A stretch of DNA of 63,931 bases, the filler included, from Octopus bimaculoides (Eukaryota): NCBI RefSeq assembly GCF_001194135.2. It is 6 parts of 4 records of this genome, joined end to end, with 100 filler letters (N's around TTAATTAATTAA, not from the genome) between each part and the next. Parts side by side here need not be neighbours in the genome. Positions count along the whole stretch, not along the records: positions 27,005 to 40,778 come from NC_069004.1; positions 40,879 to 46,381 come from NC_068991.1; positions 46,482 to 54,924 come from NC_068991.1; 3 more parts are not named here. The stretch is one strand, 5' to 3'. The notes under the pieces are model-generated. The model had not been told where the DNA came from and made no database searches. It was given only the letters and a program-made list of their open reading frames with translations. The position numbers and the translations under genes were made by a program. Shown piece by piece: positions 36,890 through 48,519 of this stretch; the stretch's first letter is position 1, and each line of letters begins with the position of its first letter.

Positions 36890-37760
36890 AGGGCCGTCCA
36901 TTCGTTACCGAGGAGGACCATTACTGACCTTCAGGAATATTGTGCGCTCTAGGACTAACTTATATTTTGCATTTGCGACTCCATTGGTGGCTAATGGGCT
37001 CTGCTCTTGACAAGCATACACAACTGCAAACATTGCAAACCAAGCTTTCCCCATTCACAACACCAGCAGTGCACTTTCGAGCAGCATGCTTAAGTTCTTC
37101 ATGCAGAATACGTGCTCTCTCAAAACTGTCGACCTCACCACCTTAACCTGCTTCCTCCATCCATGGCGATGACAGGCATTGTTCTCCCAGTCAGTCTCCT
37201 GCATATCACAGGCCTTTAATGAGACTTGACACTGTCCTTAAATTGCAGCCTTGGTTTCTGCTGAGGTCTCCTTTCATTCACAAGTTCTCCATATAGCATC
37301 TGCTTAGGGATCCTGCTATCCTTCATTCTAATAAGGTGTCCAGTCCAATGTAACCGGTGCTTGTGCATCATCACCTCAATACTCAAGATATTAGTTGTCC
37401 CGCGAAGATTCAATTTACTTATAGATGTTATTACTCCATCTAATGAGGTCATGGAATTTAAGGAGCCAATGATAGGTCTTTGTTGCATAGTATCAATCAC
37501 TGTTTCATCCACAACTGACTCATGGTGTAGGAGTTCAGGGAAGTGTTCAATCCAGCGACCTGTGATTTCAGTTGATTTAGTAAATAGAGTGGAAAACTCA
37601 TTAGCAAGCAAAGGAGCTGATGTGGAACTCTTAGGCCCATAAACTTGCTTCATAAGATGGTAAAGCTTCTTGCTGTCATTTGCATCAGTAGCAGCCTGAA
37701 CCTCACAAGCAAGATCCTCCCACTAAGTATATTGCATCTTCCTGAGAGATCGCTACAGTA
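36890..37760 (-). mobile_element. RTE-clade LINE remnant lacking the RT domain
   Basis: KKLYHLMKQVYGP...RWIEHFPELL (post-endonuclease linker) joined to HRLHWTGHLIRMKDSRIPKQMLYGEL...KPRLQFKD, then C-terminal CxxC VCNVCSCVCLSR...SH and a 3' tail into (TG)n. Confidence 0.85.
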
Positions 37761-38104
37761 GTGATTTTACACTGCTATAGTGGGCAAGTGCTAGATTTTG
37801 CTGCACAGCGGAAAGTCCTCTGTGCTATATTTCTAACGTACGTTTTATATACGCCTTAGTCATCTCTGGTGAAATCTTTCAAGAATGTTGAAATGAGGCC
37901 CATGTCTCAGATGTGTATAGCAATAATCAAAACTCAAAGCTTGATTGACAATTTTAATCATGAAATACGTTAACATTAAATGCATGGGAAGGTGGAGATA
38001 TTTATAATATTTATAATAATTTTATAAAATTATAATAGTTATAATATTTATGATAATTTTAGGGATTGTAGCTTCCAAGTTTCTTGGTGGATGGCGAACC
38101 TATA

Positions 38105-38318
38105 CGAAGGAATGCTGAAAAGTTTCTGGATTTAAGGGTGTCGCAAAAGGCCTAGTTGGAGACCCAATCTTCCGAATTCTTTTACAGGGATTAGAAAAAC
38201 AGAAGGACTAATGCAATAAGTGTGTGAAACTGAGAGGAGAAATATGTTGAATAAAATCTTCATTAACAAATCCTCCTGTATTTTCTTTTACTCAAAACCA
38301 GGAACTCTTCAGCACCTC
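38105..38318 (+). mobile_element. mariner (DD34D-type) deletion derivative/MITE
   Basis: TA|CGAAGGAATGCTGAAAAGTTTCTGG ... CCAGGAACTCTTCAGCACCTC|TA TIRs; residual C-terminus CNKCVKLRGEYVE*. Confidence 0.8.
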
Positions 38319-38324
38319 TATATG

Positions 38325-38480
38325 GCACAGGCACCTTGGGGAAGTACAGCCCCAAGCCCAAAGTGTTGTCCGTAGATTTAGTAGACGGAAACCGAAAGAA
38401 GCTCGTTATATATACATTCTTTTACTTGTTTCAGTCATTTGACTGTGGCCATGCTGGAGCACCGCCTTTTAGTCGAAGAA
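38325..38480. mobile_element. SINE family A fragments in opposite orientations
   Basis: GGCACCTTGGGG...GTAGACGGAAACCG (+) abutting TTTCAGTCATTTGACTGTGGCCATGCTGGAGCACCGCC (-). Confidence 0.75.
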
Positions 38481-38499
38481 TTGGACTTATTCATTGTAT

Positions 38500-39411
38500 A
38501 TACTGCATATGTGGAAATCTGTGGGTGTGTTTGTTTGTGGCGTTGTTATTTAACTCCTCCTACATCGTTTTATTGATTTTGATGAAATTTGACACGTGAG
38601 TAGAACTCATGTCTGGAAAACTAGTGACATACTTAGATTGTTGAAAAATCGATAATACGGCCTTTGGAAGGGATTCTTATGTCTACTACATATAACTAAT
38701 ATATTATTTTTCAAAATCCAAGGAAAATAACCCATTTATTGCTGAAACGGATCCTTATATATAGCCAAGAGAAATAACCCATTCATGCTCGTAAATTATT
38801 TTGTATAAATCAAATTGAGTATGCTTATTTCTTAGTATTTAAACTATTTATTTTCGCAATTTATCCAGTACAGCGCTTAAACAAGTAAATGGTATTTTCC
38901 TAAACAATAGATCCACTTATTTCGGTTAGTGACTTATTCACGAATGTACCAACACTAGCGCCGCTGAGGGTAATATTATCTGCGAACGCACAAAAGCCCT
39001 TTTCAGAGTTATTTACTTTGAATTGTTATCTCATATCTGATTAGCCTGTTATTACGAAACATGCTTCACGATTTTATACATACCTTATTAGTATTTCATC
39101 CTAAGTCCTATATACTCTATGAACGTATAAAAACTTTTTTCGGGGCTACTTTATTTGAATGCTTACTATCGGGTAATTAATTTCATATTATTATTACATA
39201 ACTGACTTCACAATTTGGGTATTCATAACTTATTGAGAATTCCTAAAACAACAACCTGTGTAACAAAGTTCGGTATTCTCAATAAATACACAAACAACCG
39301 TTTTAAGGGCTACACACTTTATGTTGCTGTTATTGGATTAGCGAAACAATTATGAGAACGGAACCAAGGTATAAGCCCCACTTTCCTGAGAATTACCGGG
39401 TACGTCAGTAT
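38500..39411 (+). mobile_element. Possible Helitron/Helentron-associated (DINE-like) non-autonomous element
   Basis: TGTGTTTGTTTGT...TAACTCC...GATTTTGATGAAATTTGACAC near the start and ...ATTACCGGGTACGTCAG before the gap resemble DINE/HINE-type motifs; weak, recalled similarity only. Confidence 0.3.
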
Positions 39412-40246
39412 NNNNNNNNNNNNNNNNNNNNNNNNNNNNNNNNNNNNNNNNNNNNNNNNNNNNNNNNNNNNNNNNNNNNNNNNNNNNNNNNNNNNNNNNN
39501 NNNNNNNNNNNNNNNNNNNNNNNNNNNNNNNNNNNNNNNNNNNNNNNNNNNNNNNNNNNNNNNNNNNNNNNNNNNNNNNNNNNNNNNNNNNNNNNNNNNN
39601 NNNNNNNNNNNNNNNNNNNNNNNNNNNNNNNNNNNNNNNNNNNNNNNNNNNNNNNNNNNNNNNNNNNNNNNNNNNNNNNNNNNNNNNNNNNNNNNNNNNN
39701 NNNNNNNNNNNNNNNNNNNNNNNNNNNNNNNNNNNNNNNNNNNNNNNNNNNNNNNNNNNNNNNNNNNNNNNNNNNNNNNNNNNNNNNNNNNNNNNNNNAT
39801 ATATATATATATACATGTGTGTATGTATGTATAAATTTCCAGGATTAGAGAGAATCGGGTATCTAAATAGTAAAACCACCAAGGTAGGGGTCGGTAGGGG
39901 TCGGTGATAGCGCAACTTTTTAATGACAATATAAGCTCACAAATACGTACTCACTAAAGTGCATACATATTTTTCAATGCAATTATGCATAACTTCGCAA
40001 GTAGCAGACTGAGTTGTCAACGTATCATCAAAATCATACGTAGGTGCACTCGATTATAGACTGCAGATCTAAACACGTGGAAGGCTCCGAGTTAGCTGAG
40101 GAATAAATAATAACAACAAATGGATTGCAGTTCATTACAACTGTTTCGGGCGTGCTTTTTATTGATGAACAGAAATGCTGTATCATTAAAAAAAAAAAAG
40201 GTTTTTATCAGGTGAATACAGGTAAGAATTAACAATTAGAACTTCT

Positions 40247-40337
40247 CAAGAAAAAGAACATAGTGCAGATGACTTGACCGACCTAAATTCGCGAAAGCAC
40301 GACGGCTGGGTCATCTGCACCATGCTCTTTTACCTGT
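40247..40337. other. 91-bp palindromic element (micro-MITE or pre-miRNA-like hairpin)
   Basis: 27-bp arms 23/27 identical (core GTGCAGATGAC/GTCATCTGCAC), flanked by direct repeat GAACTTCT at 40239-40246 and 40338-40345. Confidence 0.6.
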
Positions 40338-40727
40338 GAACTTCTAATTGTACATCAAGCGTGGTAGCAAGTTAATGCTTTTTTTGGAACCTACAATCTC
40401 CTGCATTATTGATTCTGTTATTATCATTTTAATGAAAATTATCCTAGATAATAATATATATTATATATATAATTTTCTTTGTGGGTTGAGGTTGAGTAAA
40501 TCACATTCAGTGTTTGGGCTATCTTGTATCATCCACAGTTGGGATAAATTTCCTCTGGATCCACATCAGGAATTCTGCAGAGTTAGCTGAGATAGTAACT
40601 GAAGGAAACGGAAGATAGATTTAGCACTAGTCTTTATGAGCACTCGTACTACATCTATCCTCCATTTCCTGCATTAATTATTATATATACATAATATAAT
40701 CTCTCTCTCTCCCTCTCTATCTATCTT

Positions 40728-40778
<51 letters not shown>

Positions 40779-40822
40779 NNNNNNNNNNNNNNNNNNNNNN
40801 NNNNNNNNNNNNNNNNNNNNNN

Positions 40823-40834
40823 TTAATTAATTAA
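40823..40834. other. Artificial contig-join linker TTAATTAATTAA
   Basis: 44 N + 12-mer + 44 N. Confidence 0.9.
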
Positions 40835-40878
40835 NNNNNNNNNNNNNNNNNNNNNNNNNNNNNNNNNNNNNNNNNNNN

Positions 40879-42195
40879 TGCGATTGCAATAGATGGTTTA
40901 TTGGTTGAACAATATTTCGACAGCTAGCCTGTCTTTGTCAGTTCAAAATGAAAAGTGATACAGAGAAATTCAAATCCAAAATTTGAACGAAGCAACCAGC
41001 GTTCCCACGTTGATGGAATGACATCATCAGTCTTCAATTTTCAAGTTTACAACTGGCAAAAAGAAAGACAAAGGAAGTAAGAGAAAAAAAGAAAAGTAAA
41101 GAAAAAAGGACAGGAAAGAAAAGAATATTTAATCAAACAGTTTTGTGTAAATATGACGAATGTCATTTTGTTCATCTCTCCAGGGCGTGATGATAATAAC
41201 TCACAAATATATTTGTCCTCATGCATTTTGAGGACTGAAAGTGTAGCAGATACAGAATATTTTCTGAGAATATGCACTTTCAAGTCTTTTTCAAAACTGC
41301 AGCCGTTTGATGCAAAATGTTCAACAAGTTCTGTCGAGCTACTCTTATTGTGCCTGACATTATATGTGTGCCCATTGAATCTTCTGTTTAATTGTTCTGT
41401 TGTACAACCAACATAAATCAAGTTGTGTTTGGTGCATTCTGCTATGTACACCAAATGGGAACCTTTACACGTCCCACCTTCCGTGTAAATCTTAAGATTT
41501 CTGTTATGATTCCTGATGGAACCGACTTGACTAATTTTGTTGCACAATGAACAGGGCTTACCTCCCTTGCGGCTGTTTTTCAAGGTACAGCGTGTAGAAA
41601 CTCAAATGATAGTTTGTTTTGGAGTGGGAAGTAGAGGTTAATAGTTCTCTTATATTTTTATTCCGTCTAAAGGCTACAATAGGCGGCTGAGGAAATACCT
41701 GTTTGAAACGGGGGTATTTTTTCGCCACATGCTGGTAACTTTCATGCAACACTTTTGAAATGCCAGTGAAATGTCGGTGCCAGTTAATCACTAAAGGAAT
41801 ACTGTTACATATTGTACTTTGTACATAATTACAATAGCGCCATCTTATCCGCCGTTTTAATAACAATAGAATCATTATTAGCTAGACGACAGAGGGATGA
41901 ATAAAATAACAGGAGAATTTCATCATATTTACACAAAGCTGTTTGATTATTCTTCTTTTTCCTGTTTTTTTTCCTTTCCTTTTCTTTTTCTCCTTCTTTC
42001 TTTCTTTTTTTCTTTTTGCCAGTTGTAAACTTGAAAATTGAAGACTGAAAATGTCATTCCATCAACGTGGGAATGCTGGTTGCCTCGTTCAAATTTTGGA
42101 TTTGAATTTCTCTATCGCTTTTCATTTTGAACTCGCTAGACAGGCTAGCTATCGAAATATCGTTCAACCAATAAAACATCTCTTGCAATCGCATC
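40879..42195 (-). mobile_element. 5'-truncated Penelope-like element (GIY-YIG endonuclease) with inverted terminal repeat
   Basis: PLVINWH...FPQPPIVAFRRNKNIRELL, CSLC, TCKGSHLVYIAECTKHNLIYVGCTTEQLNRRFNGH...EDKYICELLS...MN; 40879-41180 is the reverse complement of about 41893-42194. Confidence 0.9.
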
Positions 42196-42199
42196 ACAC

Positions 42200-43199
42200 T
42201 CCTTGTATTGTCTAAGAGGGAAGAGGACTTATTAGGTGCGAGCACAGCATTAGAGCAGAAGAAAACATAGTATGATATGTAAAATATGCCACAGAATAGC
42301 TATTATTAGAAGGTCAGGCTTGTGTCGAATGAAAGATTGCAAAGATAAAGCACTATACAAGAAATTGAAAACGAATGAAACTGAAAATAGGTGGGTAAAG
42401 AAAAAAATGCATGGTCAATTTCATAGGGATGTTGAAGATAAGACAGACAGAGAAAAAGGATGGCTGTGGAAGACTAAAAGTGATTTAAAACCGTAAACAG
42501 AGGCTTTAATCTGTGCTGCCCAAGAGCAAGCACTAAGAACAAACTACAGAAAATACAGAATAGACAACAGTGGAAAGTGATAAGTGCAGAATCTGTGGAC
42601 AAAACGGTGAAACCGTATGGCATATATTACCAGCCAATGTACGCCACTAGCCCAGAAGAAATATAAGAGACGCCTTGCAACAAGTATGGACTTGACAGGG
42701 CAAAAAATTGGTACGACCAAAAACCTGAAGGCATCGTCGAAAATAGAAATGCAAAGATCCTATGGGATTTTATGATTCAGTACGACCATGAGATAGACGA
42801 TAGGAAGCCGGACATAGTCTTAACTGAGAAAGAAAACAAACTATGCTGGATCGTAGATATAGCATGCCCAGCTGACAAAAAAGTATGCGATAAGAATGAA
42901 AGAAAAGTCGAGACAGATGACAGGTTAGCTTGGGAGGTTAAGCAGTTGTGGTCGATGAAAAAGGTAGCAGTAGTACCAATAATTGTCGGAGTCGTAGGAA
43001 CAGTGAGCAAACATCTCGAAAGGTACATGAAACGAATAGGGGCTGCAATAAGGGTGGAGCACTTGCAGAAAACAGCACGGCTTGGAACCACTCGAAAACT
43101 CCGGAAGGTGCTCGAAAAATAAGAGGTGTTACCTTAGTTCACTTGTAGTGAAAAACTGACACTGTAGTACATCTCCAGCATTAGAAGCTGTGCAAAGAC
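42200..43199 (+). mobile_element. 5'-truncated R4/Dong-like non-LTR retrotransposon with restriction-like endonuclease
   Basis: GLIRCEHSIRAEEN, MHGQFHRD, ETEALICAAQEQALRTN-like motif, CCHC knuckle CRICGQNGETVWHITSQC, KILWDFMIQYDHEIDDRKPDIV...IVDIACP, VVPIIVGVVG...LQKTARLGTTRKLRKVL*; ~75-bp 3' UTR then (AAT)n. Confidence 0.9.
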
Positions 43200-43539
<340 letters not shown>

Positions 43540-43584
43540 NNNNNNNNNNACGAAGAGGTAAAAAAGAAAATGAAAAATAGAAAA

Positions 43585-44163
43585 CACTATAGAGCCTAAG
43601 CCAACGACAAACACCACAACGACGACCATTACAACAGCAGCAACAACAATAATTACAACGACAACCATTACAACAGCAACAACGATAAGAACGACCTCAA
43701 CAATAAAGCTCACAATAGCAACAACAACAAGCAGCAGGCGAGAGGCTTCCTGTGCTTACAACGATGTCTTCAGTGAAAACTCTACTGTTTTTGCTTAATG
43801 TGTCTACAAGAAGTTCAGGATTCAATTAATGGACACAGGAAACTCTTCACATTGCAGACACAGAATTTACATTGGGAATATACTCCAACCGGTGTTGCAG
43901 TAACGGAACCGCAAATACACAAATGTATACGTCCACATAGACTCATATATGCACGTGCATATATGTATATGTATGAATGCGTGTGTTTGTTCGTGTGTGT
44001 GTGTCTGTCTGTCTGTCTGATTGTCTGTTTGTGAGTGTGTGTGTGTGTGTGTATGTGTGTAAAGCGTATTTTCCTTCTTTTTTTTTTCTACGGCATATAT
44101 GCTACATATATTTCTAATACATATATATTTATTTCTGCTATACATACATACATNNNNNNNNNN

Positions 44164-44201
<38 letters not shown>

Positions 44202-45850
44202 GCACACATTCAAGCACTTTCATATAATTATTCTCAAGCAAATATACACCAACAATCAGTGATGCACACATACACACGTATATATATATTTGTAGTTTCA
44301 TAGGTATATTTACATTTATTTAGCCGTATACTTTTACGATAATCGTGTGTGTTTGTATATATGTGTGTATATGTGTGTGAGTGTATGTGTGAGTGTGTAC
44401 GTATGCATGTATACACGCACACACATGTACGCATGCAGTAACTAACTATACGTAAGTTCACGCACACACAGATACACACAAATTCGTGTATATACGCACA
44501 AATATATAGTTACATACATACATACGTACATACACACACACATAAATGTCACTAAAAGTGTTAGAATACCTACATTGCTAGAAATAAGAGCTAAAATTCT
44601 CTTATGTTGTAGTTAAAGCACATAATTGCATACATATGTGATGAAAAGGACTGTAATCGGCCAAAGCACCGATCGTGAATTCTTTATATTGACCGATCGG
44701 TCTCGGCTATTCCATAGCATCATCAGTAAGGAGCGCTCGCTCGGCTGGTTACGGCATTAATCCTCCATCAGCATATATGTATTCACCATAAAAATTTATG
44801 GATGATTTAGCGAATCACTAAAGTATATATAAAAATTAATATAAATAATGGTGCGCAATGTGTTATAGGAAAACTATAAATGTCACTAAAAGTGACTATG
44901 GGTGTTAGAACACCTACATTGCTAGAAATAAGAACTAAAATGCTCTAATGCAAGTTGGTGCACACTGTTAAATGTGCATCTTGATGTTAATTATCGGTGC
45001 AACTTCATTAGGGTATACATTAACATCCACAAACCAAAAAATAATTTCATACATTTGAAAATATTAGAATAATATTCTACATAAATGAAATGGTAAACTA
45101 GAATATGAATTAAGAATCATGCGAAAATTCTTGAGCATTGACATAATTTAAGACAGAAGGTAGCAATAACTTCCGAAGTGTCTATGGTAATATAAAGTTC
45201 ACGAAATATATGACTGTTTTTAGTAAAGCAAACACCAAATTGCAGAATAGGTTTGGTCAAACTTATACGCTCTTCAAATGATATCCGACCAACAGTCAGT
45301 AAAGACCTTGATAAAGTTGCACCGATAGTTAACATCAAGATGCACATTTAACAGTGTGCATCGGCCTGCAGCAGAAACGTGCGAAGGACTTGACAAAGAA
45401 AGATGTGATTAACTCTAAAATAAAACTTGGATGTGCAAATCTATGTTCTGATTTTAATTTCATTATTTTTTTCTACTGTCACTATGCTGTCCTTATAAAG
45501 ACATTTGGATTTACCATATGATGATTAACCGAGTATACTAAATTTTAACTAACTGGAGTTTATCTATATGCACTGTGATTGGCCAGCATTGATAAGAGCG
45601 AATACGGTAACTGCTAGGATTTGATATATATATATATATATATACATGTCGACCTGATTATAAATTTACATATATAGGCACAGGTGTTTCTCCCGGACCG
45701 ACTAAAGCCTCGTGAACGGATTTGGTAAACAGAGACTACTTGGAAGCATAACGCGTATGTGTGTGTGTGTGTGTGTGTTCTTGTTGAGGTCGTNNNNNNN
45801 NNNTAATGGTCGTCGTTGTGGTGTTTGTCGTTGGCTTAGGCTCTATAGTG
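43585..45850. mobile_element. Candidate CACTA/EnSpm-like non-autonomous element (about 2.27 kb)
   Basis: Perfect 48-bp inverted repeat 43584-43631 / 45804-45851 beginning CACTATAGAG; tandem subterminal repeats; no exact TSD; right arm abuts a 10-N gap. Confidence 0.4.
44959..45360. mobile_element. Unclassified MITE-like element with 47-bp inverted ends
   Basis: TGCACACTGTTAAATGTGCATCTTGATGTTAATTATCGGTGCAACTT vs AAGTTGCACCGATAGTTAACATCAAGATGCACATTTAACAGTGTGCA (one mismatch). Confidence 0.6.
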
Positions 45851-46215
45851 TAGGCAAATGGATAAGTAAGTAAACAGATAAACAGATAGGTACGTAGGTA
45901 CTATGGACAGACAAGTACACGCACATACATACACAAATGAAACTGAAACATATGACCATACACACACATATACACAAATTAAGACTGAAACACATGACCA
46001 TATACACACACGCACGATTCCCCCCACACACAAGGAGACAGAGGTACATACACAAATACACGCACACACATACAAATACACACACACACACATTAAAACA
46101 CACAAACATGAACACACACAAACACATGAATATGCAGGAGACATACATACAAACGTACACACATGCATACACATACATGCAAATATACACATACACACAT
46201 ACATACATACATACA

Positions 46216-46246
<31 letters not shown>

Positions 46247-46260
46247 GCACACTGACGCAC

Positions 46261-46381
46261 ACACATGCGCACAAACAAACACACAAAAAGAACGCAGCTC
46301 TGATAACGGATAGAGTCAACAACTGTTGAAAAGGTTGCAAAATGCAACGAAAAATTTGGAAAAAATGAATAAGTAAACCTG
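46261..46381 (+). repeat. ~120-bp interspersed repeat, paralogue of about 56391-56510; hammerhead-like motif
   Basis: AAAAGAACGCAGCT..GATA.CGGA.AGAGTC.ACAACT.T.GAA..G.TTGCAA.A.GCAACGAAA.TTT shared between the two copies. Confidence 0.75.
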
Positions 46382-46425
46382 NNNNNNNNNNNNNNNNNNN
46401 NNNNNNNNNNNNNNNNNNNNNNNNN

Positions 46426-46437
46426 TTAATTAATTAA
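46426..46437. other. Artificial contig-join linker TTAATTAATTAA
   Basis: 44 N + 12-mer + 44 N. Confidence 0.9.
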
Positions 46438-46481
46438 NNNNNNNNNNNNNNNNNNNNNNNNNNNNNNNNNNNNNNNNNNNN

Positions 46482-46792
46482 GACCAAAGCCTTGTGAGTG
46501 GATTTGGTAGACGGAAACTGAAAGAAGCCCGTTGTATATATGTATATATATGTGTGTGTTTGTGTGTCTGTGTTTGTCCCCCCCCCCAACATCGCTTGAC
46601 AACCGATGCTGGTGTGTTTATGTCCCCGTAACTTAGCGGTTCGGCAAAAGAGACCGATAAAATAAGTACTAGGCTTCCAAAGAATAAGTCCTGGGGTCCA
46701 TTTACTCGACTAAAGGCGGTGCTCCAGCATGGCCACAGTCAAAAGACTGAAACAAATAAAAGAGTAAAAGAGTAAAAGAGTAAAAGAGTAAC
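46482..46792 (+). mobile_element. SINE family A (head lost in gap) with (TAAAAGAG)4 tail
   Basis: GACCAAAGCCTTGTGAGTGGATTTGGTAGACGG...CCAGCATGGCCACAGTCAAAAGACTGAAAC. Confidence 0.9.
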
Positions 46793-47126
46793 TACAAGCA
46801 GTTTTTCATCAGAAGTAGGGTTATCGAGTGTTTGGCCTTCGCGGGTTTTCCGTCAACGGCCGACGATGCAGCGGATGGCTGTCAGCAAGTACAAGCACAA
46901 GGCTGCAGCGTTGAGTTAAAAGAGGACAGTATATAAGTGAATATAAGGTTTTTAAATGGAATAAATTGAGGGATGGGTGGCAGAACAATTGTCTAAAAAA
47001 TGTCCTTCACGCTATAGAAGATTAATTATTTGCAATCAGTACGCAGTGTCCATACATATTGATCCATCGATCTATCAACGAATCATTCTAGTTGTCAATC
47101 GATCAACAACACTTAGCTTTCCCTGA

Positions 47127-47169
<43 letters not shown>

Positions 47170-47500
47170 NNNNNNNNNNNNNNNNNNNNNNNNNNNNNNN
47201 NNNNNNNNNNNNNNNNNNNNNNNNNNNNNNNNNNNNNNNNNNNNNNNNNNNNNNNNNNNNNNNNNNNNNATTTTTCAAAATTTACCGCGCATGTACGGTT
47301 TACCTTATCGGCAGCAAATGCAAAAAAAATGACGATTTTCTTTCAGAAATTAGCCAAAACACATTTTATCATTAGTAATAATTATTATAATAATTATTAT
47401 TATAATTATTATAGTAATTATAATATCATCATAATAATTATTATAATCATTATTATAATCATTATTATAATCATTATAATATTATAATAATAATAACTAA

Positions 47501-47768
47501 ATGGTAGAAATTCAAAAGTTAGTGCTCATAGGAACTGCCCATATCCTACGTAAAATACTGTCTATGTAATCTCAAATTTTAAAACAAACACATAATTTTC
47601 TTATGGTTTCTTAAACATTCCCTAGAACAATACTATGTACAAAACCAAATCTATGGCACCCTAGGCATAACACCAACATGAACTTTTAACTTGTTGTCTC
47701 TTGTGGTCGCTGGGTGAGACTTGGAGCCAACTTGTACAAATACAAAGCAAAAGTCAAACATAAACTAA
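47501..47768 (+). mobile_element. Extreme 3' end of an R4-like RLE retrotransposon between AAT-rich tracts
   Basis: 47501-47569 = MVEIQKLVLIGTAHILRKILSM* (same terminal motif as LQKTARLGTTRKLRKVL at about 43060-43122), ~200-bp 3' UTR, then (AAT)n. Confidence 0.8.
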
Positions 47769-47781
47769 TTATAATAATAAT

Positions 47782-47834
<53 letters not shown>

Positions 47835-47876
47835 TAATAATAATAATAATAATAGTGATAATAATAATAATAATAA

Positions 47877-48499
47877 AATGCCTGGATGTAGTACATGGCT
47901 TCTGATCTTAATTGATTGGAAGTGTTATCATGTNNNNNNNNNNNNNNNNNNNNNNNNNNNNNNNNNNNNNNNNNNNNNNNNNNNNNNNNNNNNNNNNNNN
48001 NNNNNNNNNNNNNNNNNNNNNNNNNNNNNNNNNNNNNNNNNNNNNNNNNNNNNNNNNNNNNNNNNNNNNNNNNNNNNNNNNNNNNNNNNNNNNNNNNNNN
48101 NNNNNNNNNNNNNNNNNNNNNNNNNNNNNNNNNNNNNNNNNNNNNNNNNNNNNNGCAGAAGTAGTGGGGAGCATCATAGCCATGTGTTGAGAGGAATTCT
48201 TTGGGGTTTTAATAATTCACCTTTGGAAACGGGTGTTTTGTTCAACATCCTTAAACAAACCTTATTCAGGGACATTTTTGAGCAGGATGGGCTACTCGAT
48301 CTGAAGAAAATTCTAACTGAGCCCCACTTGCGAGGTCGTGCGCTGTTTTTATTGATATAAGATGACCATGTCGTGTACATATGGTTGTGATGCATGTGCC
48401 TGGTGTACCCTTATCAGACGGGTAGTCATGATGGGTATAATAGGCTTCGTATATTTTACCCCAGTGTCACTTTGATGGCATGCGCTGCTCTCTCACTCA
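47877..48499 (+). mobile_element. Unclassified non-coding element bounded by (AAT)n on both sides (probable retroposon 3' region)
   Basis: Starts right after (AAT)n, interrupted by a gap, ends GCTGCTCTCTCACTC(AAT)n; no ORF remnant recognised. Confidence 0.45.
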
Positions 48500-48519
48500 A
48501 TAATAATAATAATAATAAT

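Noticed and set aside
40259-40324. SECIS element interpretation of the hairpin
   Set aside because: No GA opposite the UGA to form the non-Watson-Crick quartet; stem geometry does not fit
46270-46330. Duplicated coding exon on the minus strand (VVDSIRYQSCVLF vs VVDSVRYRSCVLF at about 56400-56450)
   Set aside because: No consistent donor site; differences include CpG-type transitions and similarity extends through the would-be intron; an interspersed repeat is the simpler explanation
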